Assembly: GCA_000165425.1 (NCBI GenBank) | Contig: CT868629.1 | Span: forward strand, 1 to 64,000 | DNA: 64,000 nucleotides | Source of the DNA: Paramecium tetraurelia | Lineage: Eukaryota | Direction: 5' to 3' | Shown here: one piece after another, positions 15,566-29,621 of the stretch | Layout of the letters: each line of letters begins with the position of its first letter | Position numbering within the stretch: the first letter of the stretch is position 1 | Translations under genes and position numbers: made by a program | The notes under the pieces: generated by a model | Told to the model about the DNA's origin: nothing | Database searches by the model: none | The model's input: only the letters and a program-made list of their open reading frames with translations

Positions 15566-17175
15566 ATGAATAAATCATAGAATCAAATAACTCCTACATC
15601 TCATCCTGGTTCAGTTATATTGAGCAATGCTGGGATTGCTTAAAAGGCTGAAACTGATTTATACGATAAAATCACTAAGTTTCATTAGATTACATTGCAT
15701 AAGTATAGATGTGGGCTGAATTTATAGGCATGACATTGACAAAATCAAAACAGATGAAAGAGTTTAAGCAGCTGATTATGCGATAAAAGTAAAGACTGAG
15801 AAAATAAAGCTGGGGATGGAAATAGTGGAGATTTTGCTTAAGGAGAGACTAAAATTCATTTAATAAATGCAATAAAACGAATAAAAAATAATGGCGATTA
15901 TAAAGGAGACAATGCAATTGTTTTCCATTGAAAAATTCGATGATTTCCCCAGAGATCAATTCACTAATTATTTGAAGTCACTTAGGGACATTCTATTGTT
16001 GAGTTACCCATCATTCAAAACATTAAATACAATAATCCATCATAGTGAGAAGTATTATCAACAAAAAACCAGATGGAAAGCATATTGTTAATAGAAATTA
16101 TGTATTAATGGATACTTGATTGGATTATTGAATATGAATTTAATTGATGTCTCAAATGCCTTGTATCATAAATTGAAAAAGTACAGAATTTAATTGTTGT
16201 AAATACATGGAGGGTAAGAGTAAGAAAACTATGTGTTGAATGATGAATAACTACAAAAATTGTTGAACTTCTTAGGCGAAATTAATGCTGACTTTGCTGA
16301 TAATGTTAGTGCACATTTGAGTATTATTGTTTATTAATGGATAGACGATGTGACCAAATTGTAGAGTGGGTAAGATATTATTATTAATTAATCAAATTAG
16401 TTACTAAGTAAATCTCGATATTTATTTTAATTTTTTGGGTCAATTTGAAAGTCGAATATTAGATAAATTATTTGAGTTGGATAATTTATAATTAAGATGT
16501 GAAGCCATACAACATTAAAATGAGAAGGCTTAGAAGATTCTGAAGAGAATGATATTGCCTTAGAAATACGATAATTACAATATATAACTTGGAGTCTAAA
16601 TACAAGATATTTTGAATAACAACTAGGCCCAAGTCTTAAAGACTAAGGAAGAACTAGGAAAGATAAAGATGATAGAATTAATCATACTGGAAGCTCAAGA
16701 ACCAGATGACACTTACAAGCCTATTGGTTAATTTAAGGGAGCTCAGAAATTGATACCAAAGGTGATTGTAGTCATGTAAGCAATGATTCAAGATAAAATC
16801 ATCAATTTGGACTAAAAATTAAACGAAGTCTAATTGATATTGACTGGAGTGAAATAGCTATTCTTAAGTTTGAAAGAATTATTGGTAGCAGAAAAGAAGT
16901 TATCCAAAGCCCAAGCATTATATACAAATTTAAAATCCACTGTGGAGAACTTGAGAAGAGACAAATCTAAAATAAATGTGGAGGAATTGTATGAACAATC
17001 CTTAAAACTATAGAAATATGTGAATATTTTATCAGAATAAGCAAACATAGCAATGATGATATCAGAATAATTACCTAAAATAAGTGAATTTATTTAGATG
17101 ATTCAAAGATTCATTACGAAATAACAATTTTTGTCGAATGACATACTTAGAATTTTGGGAATTGAAAAAGTATGA
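15566..17175 (+). CDS. Hypothetical coiled-coil protein
   Basis: Long code-6 reading frame from ATG 15566 (MNKSQNQITPTSHPGS) to TGA 17173, E/K/Q/L-rich, with micro-introns. Splicing near 16370-16440 is not resolved. Confidence 0.6.
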
Positions 17176-17328
17176 ATACAACATTAATGACTCAATGAAT
17201 AATATTATTATATCATATCTAAATCATAATCATAATCTTTTTTCTTTAATGAAATTTTAACTCACATATTGGAATCTGTTTTGGATCTGATAGCAAATTT
17301 TGCTAAAATTTTCATAATTAAAATATAA

Positions 17329-17950
17329 ATGTGTTGTGAAGATAATAAAACAAATATTAAGGAATAATAACTATAATTGAAATAAGAATAGAAAAATATT
17401 AAAATAGTAGTTTTAGGAGATAGTGGAGTTGGTAAAACAAGTCTTATTCAGAGGTTTTGTTTTGATACTGTATTATTATCTAATTGAAATAGCTATCAGA
17501 AAAAGAATAAACTACCTTAGGTGTAGCTTATTAGAGCGCTTAGATTGTGATTAAGGGTTCAGTTTTAAAACTGCACATCTGGGATACAGCCGGAAGTGAG
17601 CGATATCGATCTTTGGCTCAGTTGTGTTATAGAGATGCTAATGCAGCTATATTGGTGTATAATATTACAAGCAGATAATCATTTGAATAGGTGTATTATT
17701 GGGAGAAGGAATTATTAGAGAGATGTACTAGTATATTTGAGATAATGTAAGTAGTTTAGATTTGAGTATTGGGCTGGCAGGAAACAAAAGTGATTTGAAT
17801 TAAGAGAGAGCAGTCTTTAAAAACGAAGCTTAGATTTATGCTAAACAGCAGGATTTCGTATTTTATGAGACATCTTCAAAGACTGGGGAAGGAATACAAA
17901 TGCTATTTACAGAAGTAATAGAAAGATATTTAAGATAAAAATAATAATGA
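17329..17950 (+). CDS. Atypical Rab-family small GTPase (Rab5/Rab24-like), no C-terminal Cys
   Basis: GDSGVGKTS, WDTAGSERYRSL, GNKSDL and ETSSKTG motifs; two micro-introns; begins MCCEDN and ends RYLRQKQQ*. Confidence 0.92.
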
Positions 17951-17980
17951 TATACTTATTGTAATTGATAATAATAGAAT

Positions 17981-19846
17981 TCAAGAATTCTTGTTAGTTG
18001 GAGTAGATGCTTATTTGTTTGATTATGAGAATTAAGATAAATTTTCAGGAATTCTAATTTATCTTGTAGAATTGTATAACCTGACCATATCTGACACTTC
18101 TGAGTTTTCTTAGTAAACAGGTTGATCTTCAAATTAATCTATAATTTATTTTCTATGTGAATTTTGGATTGCTATTCTATGTAAGTCGATGTGTTTTTTT
18201 GATTCAGTCTTTTGCAATTAGGTAGTGGGAATATCTAAAATTGGATATTAACATTACCCGATATATCTCTGGAACCCAATCTATTCAAACGAGAACTGTA
18301 CTGACTAAATTTGGAGGCTCCAACAACTGAAGGTGCTTTCATTTCCAATTTGGCAAATGATCCATTTGAAACACAGGAAATTGATTCAATGGAGTTCAGA
18401 TTCCCAGTAAATGCTGGTTATCTTTATTCCAAAGATATATCTATGGAACCCTACCTTACATTGTTCTTGAATTATTAATTGTAATCCTATAGATTGTTTT
18501 AATACTTGTCCTACTAAATTTACGATTGCTTGACTAATTCTTTGAAATATGGATGTCTTAGACACTATAATTAAGGATATTATTACTTCACTTGAGCTCA
18601 ATCTATAAGATGGCTTCTTTTATAACATCGATCTAATAAGATCTTGCATTTGAATTGGAGCTGACTTAAAAAGAGAGTCTTCAAAATCAATTTAACAATC
18701 TTTATTGGCTTTTAGAATAGCCTTCTAATCTTTTCCATTGAATGGCTATCCTCCAGTCTACATTTTTATAGAATAATTACTATCAGGAGATAAAGTATTA
18801 CACCAGCACTAAAAACATCGCATTTTTCATCATAGAATTATTATCCTTCGACGTATTCTAGAATTTCAGGTGCCACAAATCCTGGAGTTCCACATCTTTT
18901 GAATAAGATATTTTCATCAGTTAGTTTTGCTGCCAATCCGAAATCTGCCAATATAATGTCATGATTATTTTCAATTGAGCGTAATAATAAATTTTCAGGT
19001 TTTAAGTCTCTATGCGCAATTTGGTATTGATGCAAATGATTTAATGCTGATAGTAAATTATAGGCCAATTTCTAGAGTGTTTCAGCAGGCAGGAAGCCTA
19101 ATAATGACTTAAAATGAATAATACCTGTTTCTCTGACTCTCTGTAGTAATTCCCCTCCACTTACTATGTCGACTACGAAGTAAACGGAATTTGCGGTTTC
19201 GTGTACTTCATGCAACTTGACTACATTTTAATGATTTAATCGTCTCATCACCTACATTTCATTTAATAAACTTTCGATTCCTTTATGTTGTTATTGCATA
19301 AAGGACTTACTAAATGCTTTGATAGCATATTGTTAGTTATTCTCCTTTCTCGTTGCCAAATAGACTTTAGCAAAGCTTCCTTTTCCTATCAATTTGGAAA
19401 CTAAGAAAGCATCATGAAAATTCTCCAACAAACAAAATCTTTTGAAATGCTGCTTCCATTGATCATACAACAATTTGTCAGATAGAAAGATATCCAATGA
19501 TTTAGTTTGATATGTCAACTTGAATCCGAATTATTGCTCATCAGAATTTAATTAAACTATATGATCAGCCCCAGGATCAATGATGCTCAAATGCATGGTA
19601 GCAAGGGGAGCACACTTCAAACTATCAACAGTAACTTTGTAAATGTATTCTAATCCCAACACAATGAAGATTGGTTTGACCATTAACTTTCCTGCTGTCA
19701 AGAATTCTTGTTCAACCAAAAAAGATTAGGTCTTATAAAATATTATTCCTTATATGTACATCCAAGACAGATTTATCACAAGGTTACCAAAATTTATTCC
19801 CAGTCTTCCCAAAATCGAATATAGAAACTCCTTTTTAATCACCCAT
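17981..19846 (-). CDS. Ser/Thr protein kinase, CaMK-like, with an N-terminal PH-like domain
   Basis: [22 protein letters not shown] and [10 protein letters not shown] motifs. The N-terminal beta-rich segment ends in a YDQWKQHFK helix typical of PH folds, and the tail is long and low-complexity. Confidence 0.93.
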
Positions 19847-19897
19847 TCTCAAAATTCACTGAAACAATATAATAATAATATATAAGTTTAATAATTC

Positions 19898-21463
19898 TCA
19901 ACACCTTTTAACCATTTTGTTAGTCCCATAATTTATTTCCTCCTCTATCTTAAACGAAAAGTCGTCCTCTTCCGCTTGTGAGTTCTTTAATTACGCAAAC
20001 AATGTGCTCGTCTATAATTCATTCCGATAGAGATTCTAATTATTGCTAATACTATTTACATGATAAAGAGAACACATCAATGTCCCCAACTGCAGAGGAT
20101 TCAGTATGGATTTCAATGAGTCCCAAACTTAATCCAATTTAGAGGCTTGGTCTTAGATGGACTTTATTTCGTTTTTTATTTTATCTAAAGAACTTTACTA
20201 GTATATTTGTTTATTACTTAGAAATGTTTTATTTTAATTATTAAACCTTAGACTAAAATTTCTTCAGTTTGGTGAAATTCTCGAATTTGACACTCGTACT
20301 TTCAAAACCTTCCTTCAACCATTCGCTGTAATCTCTATTTAAATAATAATAATATCATACTGGTCAGTATTCGCAAACATATCTTTCGAATTTTGGCATG
20401 CATACAACAAATACTTCACTTACATGGGCAACATTATTTCCGCTATGCTATCAAAGTACACTCTTGCAGTATCATTCCTTTCCTAAGAATTCGATTATAT
20501 TCTATATCTCAATGCATCCATTATTATTCCTATTTCATCGTGACTGGCCTTCTTTATTAAACACAACTCCAATTTCTCAAACATCTGTTGTTACTATTCT
20601 AAGAATAATTAAAACTATGGAGTTAATCAATTCTATACTTTCTGTGTCTTCTTGTTCACTATTTCCATTGATTAGGCCTGATTCTTGCATATGTCCTTCA
20701 ATTTCTCGTTCTCCTATTGCAATTCTTACACTTGCTTTTCTAGCAATTATTAATATATTTTCTTTCTTTCTCTAGAGTTTTTTGCAGACTCCCTATTTTT
20801 TGCTAATTTCACTTGTGTAGGATCTGTCATTTCATTTGATGTCTCATTCTACAAGTTTTGGGATCTCTTTCTCTCCAATTTCTATTGACTCTTTGAAGAT
20901 CTTGGAGTTATTGAAGGAGATACTGAGTTATTGTTTGATGTTCGCTTCTCTAATAAAGAATCAATCTTGTCTCGATATATACTCTTTCCCTAATTTTAAG
21001 GGATGAGCATCTTAACTTCAGGTTTAAACTTACTATTAATTTATTCCGCTGATTCTACATATAATAGAGACGATTACAACCTAATCGAAAATCCTGATCA
21101 CCAGAATATTGGGACCTACTATTTATATCTGAGTGTATGGATTATTTCTATTTGGACTAATTCGAAGACTACTCCTCCTGAATTAATAAATTGTCCAATC
21201 TCACATCCTCTATTTTCATTTCAAAAAATTAATCCAGACTATTTTTAACTTCAGAATCTATCAATTATGACTAATGGAAATTGTTCTGAAAACTTCCTAC
21301 CTGTTGATCGTTGTATGCCAAATAATTCCTTCCGAAACTCAATCTAATTAGTATTTAAATATCATTACTATTGTTCCTGTCCTGATCCTGGTAAAAAATC
21401 AGCTGTGCCTGCCGTTCCTACAAAATTATAAAATTATCCACTCGAATTAAAGCTGTCTGCCAT
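19898..21463 (-). CDS. bZIP transcription factor
   Basis: Basic region and zipper KLAKNRESAKNSRERKKIYQQLLEKQVQELQQENEKLKD at about 20690-20812; ATG at 21463, TGA at 19898; micro-introns. Confidence 0.88.
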
Positions 21464-21663
21464 TATAAATTATTTTATAAATTTTTAAATATTATTTTAA
21501 TAAAATAGTAATCAGAATATCATTTCATAGACTAGTTGATATCTTACTCATATGCCAAACAAAGTTCCCTTAATTCTAAGTAATCTAAAATGTGCTTAAG
21601 TATGGGCAAGACACTTAGATACTTTAATTTAAAAAATATTAAATTGTTATATTCTTTATAATG

Positions 21664-22333
21664 TCATTCTTGGTTCTCAACATCTTGGCATTCGGTAAAA
21701 TTAGAAGCGTTGTTTGACCCTTGGTCATTGGGGTCAAACTTCTGGTGATGAGATCTGCATTGACTGGGGGATCGAGTCTTTATAAAATTAGACATCTATT
21801 TAAATATTTTGTTCTATTTCTTGAGGTCTGAGTTCAACATAATGTCCTTGTTCGTTTGGATAAAGCTTAAATACAAATTATGCTCCTTTGTGGTCCAATG
21901 ACCTAAGGAATCAAATTAGAAATGTTACCTATGTTATATAACTTTCTTTTTGTTGATTTTTTCCCTTTGCGCTTATTGTTGGAGAAAGAAATATTCGGCC
22001 TTTTTTTCAAGGGTAAGGGAGATTTATGGTTTTCAAGGTTTTTCATAATTTCTACTGGTTCAAAGTTAGACTATTATAGGACGCATTGTACCTAGATCAC
22101 AGAATTTTCTTGTTTGATCATTGATGCAGGTTGCTAAGATCCTTCAAAAAGCAGGTTGGTTGGCTAAGCTTAATGATAGTTTAACAACAGGTTATTATTA
22201 TTGATGTAGAAATAATTTCGAAATTGGTTGAATTGCTCCATAAAGGTCCAAGGATAATTGTAAGTTTGAGAGTCTAATATAACTGTTTTTCAATACATTA
22301 GAAGAATGGAGGAAATTATGTAAATGGATGCAT
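21664..22333 (-). CDS. SHAQKY-class single Myb-like DNA-binding protein
   Basis: GHWTTKEHNLYLSFI...FKQMSNFIKTRSPSQCRSHHQKF; two micro-introns. Confidence 0.88.
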
Positions 22334-22749
22334 TAGGAAGATATTGAGTTTTATAAAAAAATAAAAATTAATAATTAGGATTAATCATTATCTTGAAATT
22401 GACCACCTACAATTATTTATTTAGTTAAACTATAGATGAATAAAGTATTTTCCATTTTTATAGGATAAATTAAAAATATTACATCCTATTTAAAATGAAT
22501 ATATTTTCTAGTTTTTCTTTGCAATATTATTATCAATCAATAAACACATGCTGTCTGATCTAAATCCTAGAAAACATAGCCCTTTGGATTCAATACCTGT
22601 CAATTATAGAATGATAATCATGATTCATTTTAGAATAAGATCAATATTACACCATAGAAAACGACATTTAAAATAATTTAATTAAATAAGTTTAATATTT
22701 TTCTTGTAATTAAAGTATTTAATTAAATTATATAATTATTTTCTTAACT

Positions 22750-23324
22750 AGGATGAATGTATGGATGATGATAATAATGCATCTTAATTTATTATTCCTT
22801 TCTTATATTTAAGTGATGATTCAAATTGATTTAATCTGAGGAAAATTGTATTCTTCACTTTCTCTTTTATAATTTCCATTAATTCATTACCCAACTCGCT
22901 CTCTAATTTCTTGGATTTTTTAATAATAGTCCATATACTCATTTTGTAATTATCATTCAATATATGTACTCCTTCTCTTATAAGTCTAAAACTTCTTTCA
23001 TTTTTATTGTTGACTCATCCTATGTAACTAACTATTTATTTCTTGATTTTACTTTGTGTCTCAATATTATTTCCTTTTTTAATCTTAAATTTAGTATTTC
23101 CTTCCTCTTTTCTGTTATCCTATTAATCTAATAATTACTTGTTCTTTATTAAATTCATCAATAGGCTCTCTAAATTCCATCTTAATGAAATCACTCTATC
23201 AATCTAGTTTGAGATCATACAGTAATCTGAGGATATAGTTTATTTTCTTTTATTTGTTCCAAATATTCGCCATATACTTCTAAATTAGTAAGACCTCAGG
23301 ATATACAAATTAGAAGGAGGACAT
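22750..23324 (-). CDS. Hypothetical protein (boundaries uncertain)
   Basis: E/K-rich code-6 frame with several candidate micro-introns; start, stop and splicing are not fully resolved. Confidence 0.35.
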
Positions 23325-23519
23325 TGAGAGTTCACACCAACATTTACAAATATAAGAATTATTATAAAAATTTAAAATTGTTTATTCAAATATAATTGTA
23401 AATATTTGAGCAATATAAATTCCACGTCAAATTTGGATTAATCGCGTCTGAACATTACAACAATATTGTGCCTTTGTATACCTGGAAAATATTGATTTTC
23501 AAAACACATAATTTATATA

Positions 23520-24777
23520 ATGAACTCAAGAAGTACACATCTCACTGAATATGCGATTAAACATATTATTGCAGACCAATTCACCTCCTGGCAAACAATC
23601 AATCCATCAGAAATCTAAATATCAAGACTGGCTGGGTTGACCAATATCACCTACAAGGTCGAGACCCAAGTAGAAGTCATGCCCAGAACTATAGTGTTTA
23701 GAGAGTATAACAGTATTTAATAATAGATTTGGAAATGCAGAAGGATTTGTGGATTCCAAATAAGAGCGAATCATCTTCAAAACTATATCTGATTTGGAGT
23801 TGGGTCCCAGACAATTGCAATGTGGTGATATTTGGAGGATGGAAGAATTCGTTACCAATGGAGTGCATCCAACCAATGAGAAGATGGGCTCACCTTTATT
23901 TCAATTCAAATCGATGGGAGTCCTATAAAAGTTTCATTAGATGGAAATACCCATTCCCAATGATGGCACTTCACTGATTCTTAACAAAACCCTATCAAAG
24001 AATATGAAACATAATGTTATGAGGAAGATTGAGAAAAGAGACTTGTACACAGATGTGGAGCTCAAACAATTAGAAAACATTGAGTAATTATTGAACAACG
24101 ACGAGGAATTCAAATATTTGGAGGAGATGATTCAGAAGGAAAATGACGAAGAGGTAACTATATTTAATAATAATTTGTAGTTAAAATTTTGTCATAATGA
24201 TTTAAATTAATTAAACATATTTAGTACCACAAAAAAAGACAAAGAAATAGTCTTTATTGATTATGAGTATTGTTCCTACAATTATCCCTCCTATGATATA
24301 GCCAATTTCCTAAATGAATCTGCCATCAACTATTAATATGAAGAGGAGCCCTTTTACTAACTGGTTGATGAAAACTTTGATACTGCCCCTATCTAAGCTC
24401 ACTATTTAGCTTTAAGTTATCTACTTCATTAGGTTTGTCAGGATAATAATGAGATCAACTCAATTGCTGGTCTAATCACTTAAAAAACTAATAAAAATAA
24501 AGATGAATTAAACACTTTTATCAGTTTGATTAAATAGATTTTGGCTCAAAGGATGAATGAATAATAGATTAATGAATTGTTTTAATCGGTATCATATTTG
24601 AAGAGAAGAATTAGAAGATTGCAAATGATTTCCAATTTGAATTGGGTTTGGTGGAGTGTTCTACTTGCTCATGAGAAGAATTCCTTGAATTTCGAATACA
24701 TTGATTATGGATTTTTGAGATTCAAAATGTTTGAGAGACTCTTGGAACTGGAAAAAGAAAGAAAAACTATTGAATGA
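23520..24777 (+). CDS. Choline/ethanolamine kinase
   Basis: N-lobe RLAGLTNITYKV, Brenner motif FCHNDLNQLNI, and choline kinase motif FIDYEYCSYNYPSYDIANFLNE. Confidence 0.94.
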
Positions 24778-24853
24778 AATTGAATTTGTAATTAAAACAG
24801 TGTTATATTATAAAATTAATTCTTATTTCCAATTTTATTATATTTTATTTACT

Positions 24854-26268
24854 ATGTAATAAGTGTAGAAAGAGGAGGTATGAATTGAATTTACTAAGTG
24901 AGATACCATATTTTAAGTATTGTTAAAAGTTAGGTGGTGTCTAAAGAAGAGATATCTATGTGTCTCCAACCAAAGCTGCCACATTTCTGCATCTAATCAA
25001 AAATGTAATTTTCATTAAAGATAAAGAGATGTGATAAGGATACTGCTTTAAGATTTACACAGAGAAGAATTTGCAAATGGGATACCACCATTAAACAAGA
25101 TGGCCCCAGTACGTGTAGAATATTGCGACCAAAAGAGAACAAAGAAGTAACATTGTTAACCTTATCAATTCAGAAAAGAATACATGGCTGGTAGAACATT
25201 GGACTGGAAATGTATTATGAAAATAAAGACACCGTAGCTGACATCCATCAATTGCAATTAGATTAGGACAATGATCTTATACAAAGAGAAATTGAAAAAA
25301 ATGAAATGAGATTAAAAAATGACTTTAAAAACAAAATAGCCCATCTCCAACAGTTCTATAGAGAACTAAACTAAAAATACAGTTTCAGTAGCAGTGATCC
25401 CAATTTTAAAGAAAAAATTACCAATGCCAAATTAGACTTAATAAGCAAAAGAAATCAACCTATTAAGTATCTTAAGACCAAGGGAATGAAATATATTGAG
25501 TTGTTTAATGAGATAAGCCAAAATAAAAAATTAGCTGATCATGGTTTATTCAATAGACTCCAAGTTTTTAATTAACTCAGAACTGATGATTGCAAAGTTA
25601 AGGAAAAATTATTGGGGGAGCTTTATAAACAAAAAAAGGAGAGTTAGAGTTTACATCATAAAGAGCTATAACACAATATTTAAATTTATGATAATATAGA
25701 AGAATAAAGTGGATAGATGTTAAAAATTATTGATTAAAATAATGACTTCTCCATGAGTTTAAGAAAAAATTAATAAAAACTGATTGTTTCACAGAGAACT
25801 ATAGCTTTTGCTGAAGACTTTAATAGAACGAAATACTTGTTTAATTATTCAAGTAAGAACTAGATGCAAAAAATGTTTGAAATACCTGAAATTGCTTAGA
25901 TTCCTTAAAGCACTGAATCCATAAAATTAAGGAAGCATTTTTCTTCTCCTTAAAGTTTGGATGATCATTTTGATAATTGTCTTAATTAATTTGCACATGA
26001 AGTTCTAGAATATCAATAGGAAATGCTTGATAAAGATATCACAACATGTAATATTGAAAAAATGCTGTAAAAAAGAGAAAATCTAAGATGTAGTTAAATA
26101 AGGAAGGTTTCTAAGACATCTCATAGTCATTAACCTAGTATTCACTTAGAGTTCAGCAAAGTGAAATGCTAGCATTAATCTACTAGAGATAAAGAATCTA
26201 CAAAAGCAGGAAACTCTTTCAATATTAAATAACGATCTTATCTTGTTAGTCCATTCAGTAAATCATGA
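24854..26268 (+). CDS. Hypothetical protein
   Basis: Continuous code-6 frame after three 5' micro-introns, ending VSPFSKS*; no recognised domain. Confidence 0.65.
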
Positions 26269-26300
26269 CTTTAATTTGATACAAATATTTTGTATAATCT

Positions 26301-27687
26301 TCAATCCTTCATTAAAATTCTTATTTTTCCTTGAGGTAATTGTCGACAGGGTTAGATTTCCACACTCAAAGGATTAAAGATAGAAAAATATTGACCATCA
26401 ATTTAGATGTAACTATTTACAATGTTGTTATTGTTTGATTCTTAAAATTTAATAAGCAAAGGTCCATTAGTTTAAGCCAATCTTGTTGCATTGCCAGCCA
26501 ATACTCTATTTAAGATTCATAAATGAGAATTAACCTTTCAGATCCAATTCCTGCAATGGAATCGAATGATATAAATTCTAATAATCCATCAGAGAATGAG
26601 GTTTTTTCAGAATATAATTTGTTCCTTTGCAAAAATTCTGGTGGGGTTTTTCCATTTTTCCAAATATCTGTAATTCCAGCAGCATATGAATTGATGTTCA
26701 AACATACTAAGGTTGCAGGATTCCCAGGAACAGTTAATGCATTTTTATCTTGGCAATTCACAGTTTTGAATAGGGTCTTCTATTCCTTATGATTCTAAGA
26801 TATTGAAGTTCAATAAATAAATACAAAGTGTTCAACAAATTCCACAACTTGATTTAATCTTGGGTTTTTCAGGAACATCTTTTATATGCCTTATAAACAA
26901 TAGCAAATTTTATTGAGATGTCTATTCGTTGTTCTATTCTTATCAAACCCATATCCAATCCTTGCATCCACTCCAATACTAAAGTAGTTGGACATTTTCT
27001 TTTCCAAAATATTAGTATTCATTCCATCAAGATCTTTGACACTTTATTTGGTATAACCCTTCTCATTCTTCTTTATCTCTTAAAAATATCCATCCTATTG
27101 TGTTTAGATAGTAATATCCCAAATGTCAAAAAAGCATTGATGGCCTTTCTACCAAAATCTTATAAATTGTTTTAGAATTCGATAGTCGTTTTCTAGCATG
27201 TTTCCTGGTATATCAGTATCCCACCCTTTGAATAAATTATATCTACACTACCTAATGCATTTGAAAAATCATTTCCTGTTCCACAAGGTAAAGGAATAAT
27301 AACTATTTGATTGATATCAATCTTTTGTTGGATCATTTACTCAATCACCCACATCATGGAACCATCTCCCCCTGCTATGACGATTGGGATTTATTTATTA
27401 TCTCAATTATACAAATAAGGTACTTGAACTTAAATCATCCTTCAATTTGTTATAACCCTAATTTCTGGAAGCCACATTTTGAATGCTGAAGAAAGAGATT
27501 TGCACTTCCTTACCATCAACAATTAAAGTGATGTCGGCACACTAAATTATAAATCAACTATTACATCCAATACACAAAATTAATTTGCCTTAACACTCCC
27601 ACTACCTGAATTGTAAAATAAATAAAATAATCCTAAATTTAATGTAGATTGCTGTTGTTCGCTTTCTGAGAACTATTAATACTACAT
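26301..27687 (-). CDS. Diacylglycerol kinase (catalytic and accessory domains)
   Basis: FYNSGSGS, IAGGDGSMMWV, PLPCGTGNDFS and LNINSYAAG motifs, plus SFSDGLLEF. Confidence 0.93.
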
Positions 27688-28064
27688 TAATATCAATTTA
27701 TTATTGTTTCTAAATTAAATAATATTTATATTTGAATCATACCACACTAATCCAATTATCGATCATCTCAATACATAAGACAGATAAAATATTGAATTTC
27801 AATGAGACTTGCAAATCTAAAGTAATTGGGTTTGATTCCCATAAGAATTTGTGAAATTAAGGATAAAAAACTATATTCATAATAAAGTTGAAATCTGAAA
27901 TTTATGTGAATAATTAATATTAGCATCAAATTATGATGTATGAATACATGATTTTTGAAATACAATATAATCGTTAAATCCAGTTCAATTTATGACTATA
28001 TAAAATTAATTAGGATTTTTATTTATTTAAAAATATAAATAAATACCAATTAGTCATAGAACAA

Positions 28065-28274
28065 ATGTAATCCAAACAAGAATCTTTTGATAGTGATATG
28101 ACAGAATATCTCCAGATTGAGCAAGAAGTAGAGCTCAAATAACTCTTCAAGCATCTCAAAATTCAAAACTCACAAGTTTCAAATAAACAATCCAAAAAAA
28201 TCAAGAAATTTAAGTTAAACATACAAACCAATTCCATCATCTAACGTAGAAGTATTAACCTCAGTCAAATTTGA
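28065..28274 (+). CDS. Small hypothetical protein, 69 aa (acidic N-terminus, basic C-terminus)
   Basis: Clean ATG-to-TGA frame MQSKQESFDSDMTEYLQIEQEVELKQLFKHLKIQ...RRSINLSQI* flanked by AT-rich DNA. Confidence 0.5.
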
Positions 28275-29621
28275 GTATTTTTTTTCTCTTTTCTCAATAC
28301 TTTATAATTATAACAAACTAAAGAGTATCAGTAATTCAACGAATACTTTCTTTGACAATCCTCATTTAAAATATCCTTCATTTTATATCAAAATCACTCC
28401 ATTTAGTTTAAGACTTCTTCTGTACCAGAATTCTATAAGTTAGATTACTTAAATATTGATATCCAAAACATCAACACATTTATTATAATAAAAAGGAAGA
28501 AATTAATATTATTAGTATTGTTTAAAGCTGGTATCTCAAAATATAGTATTTTCAAGATAAAAATTTCATCTGTAAATTTGCATTTACATATTCATACTAA
28601 AAATAATAACTCTCAAAATTTTACTATATATTAAGTATTTTATGCTATTAATTATAGTCTATTGCATTTTTCATTTAATCTTCTTGATTCTTCCTTATGA
28701 AAAATTTAGAATCAATGAGTATGAAGACTAACAACGAGATAGGAGATTGAGTGAAAAAATTCGACTTTTTTTATAAGATTTTTATCCAATTCAGAAGGTT
28801 AAAATTATATCCAATTCTATATCACTTAATATTTTTCAATGATTTGATTTAGTTTAGAAAATTGATCTGTCTTGACAAATCTAATTCTACAATGACCAAC
28901 TAAAGAATCAGATAGTCGATAATTCAATAAAATACATAAAAATTATATTTATTAAAAACACTTTCTTTTCAAATAAGAAGATTGGTGTGAAAAAAAGCTG
29001 GAATATTCCAAAAATTCCGAACTTTTATGATCAGTTTTATTTTCATCCCATTTGATGAGAAAACTATTAAGACATTTTAATAATCACATAACAATAAGTA
29101 CTATTATATAAAATCAAGTTTAACCAAAGAAACTCTAACTGATAATTGCGATTTATTATGTCAGAAAATTATCATATTTTATTTGATGAATATTTGATGA
29201 ATATTTGGTGTCATATTTTGTTAAAATTATTCATTCCATAAATGTGCAGAATAATCATATGCAATAAACGTATTTCAAACTTGATTTCCATTTTTGCTTT
29301 CATTTGATTATTTAAATAATGGGTTATGGAGTTATCTTACCTTTACTAGATTTGAGTTGGTACATGAGTAGGAAAGGCTTGAATATAATTAAAGGCAAAC
29401 TAAATATTTAATTTATCTTATCCATAGACAAAAATAGCATTTCCACTCAATACTTCATCCATCATTTTGAACACAATTCAATAAACAATCATTTTTATAG
29501 GTTGTTCTCGCTAAATATTCCAAATTCAAATATATCTGAAAAAATAAAAAAAAATAAATTAGAATGAAGTTAAAGATAGATTTTATTAATAATTATGATA
29601 AATAAATTTTATAGAAAAAAT

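Noticed and set aside
23520..27687. Lipid-metabolism cluster (choline kinase, DAG kinase, distant acyltransferase)
   Set aside because: Only two nearby genes, separated by an unrelated one and on opposite strands, which is compatible with chance.
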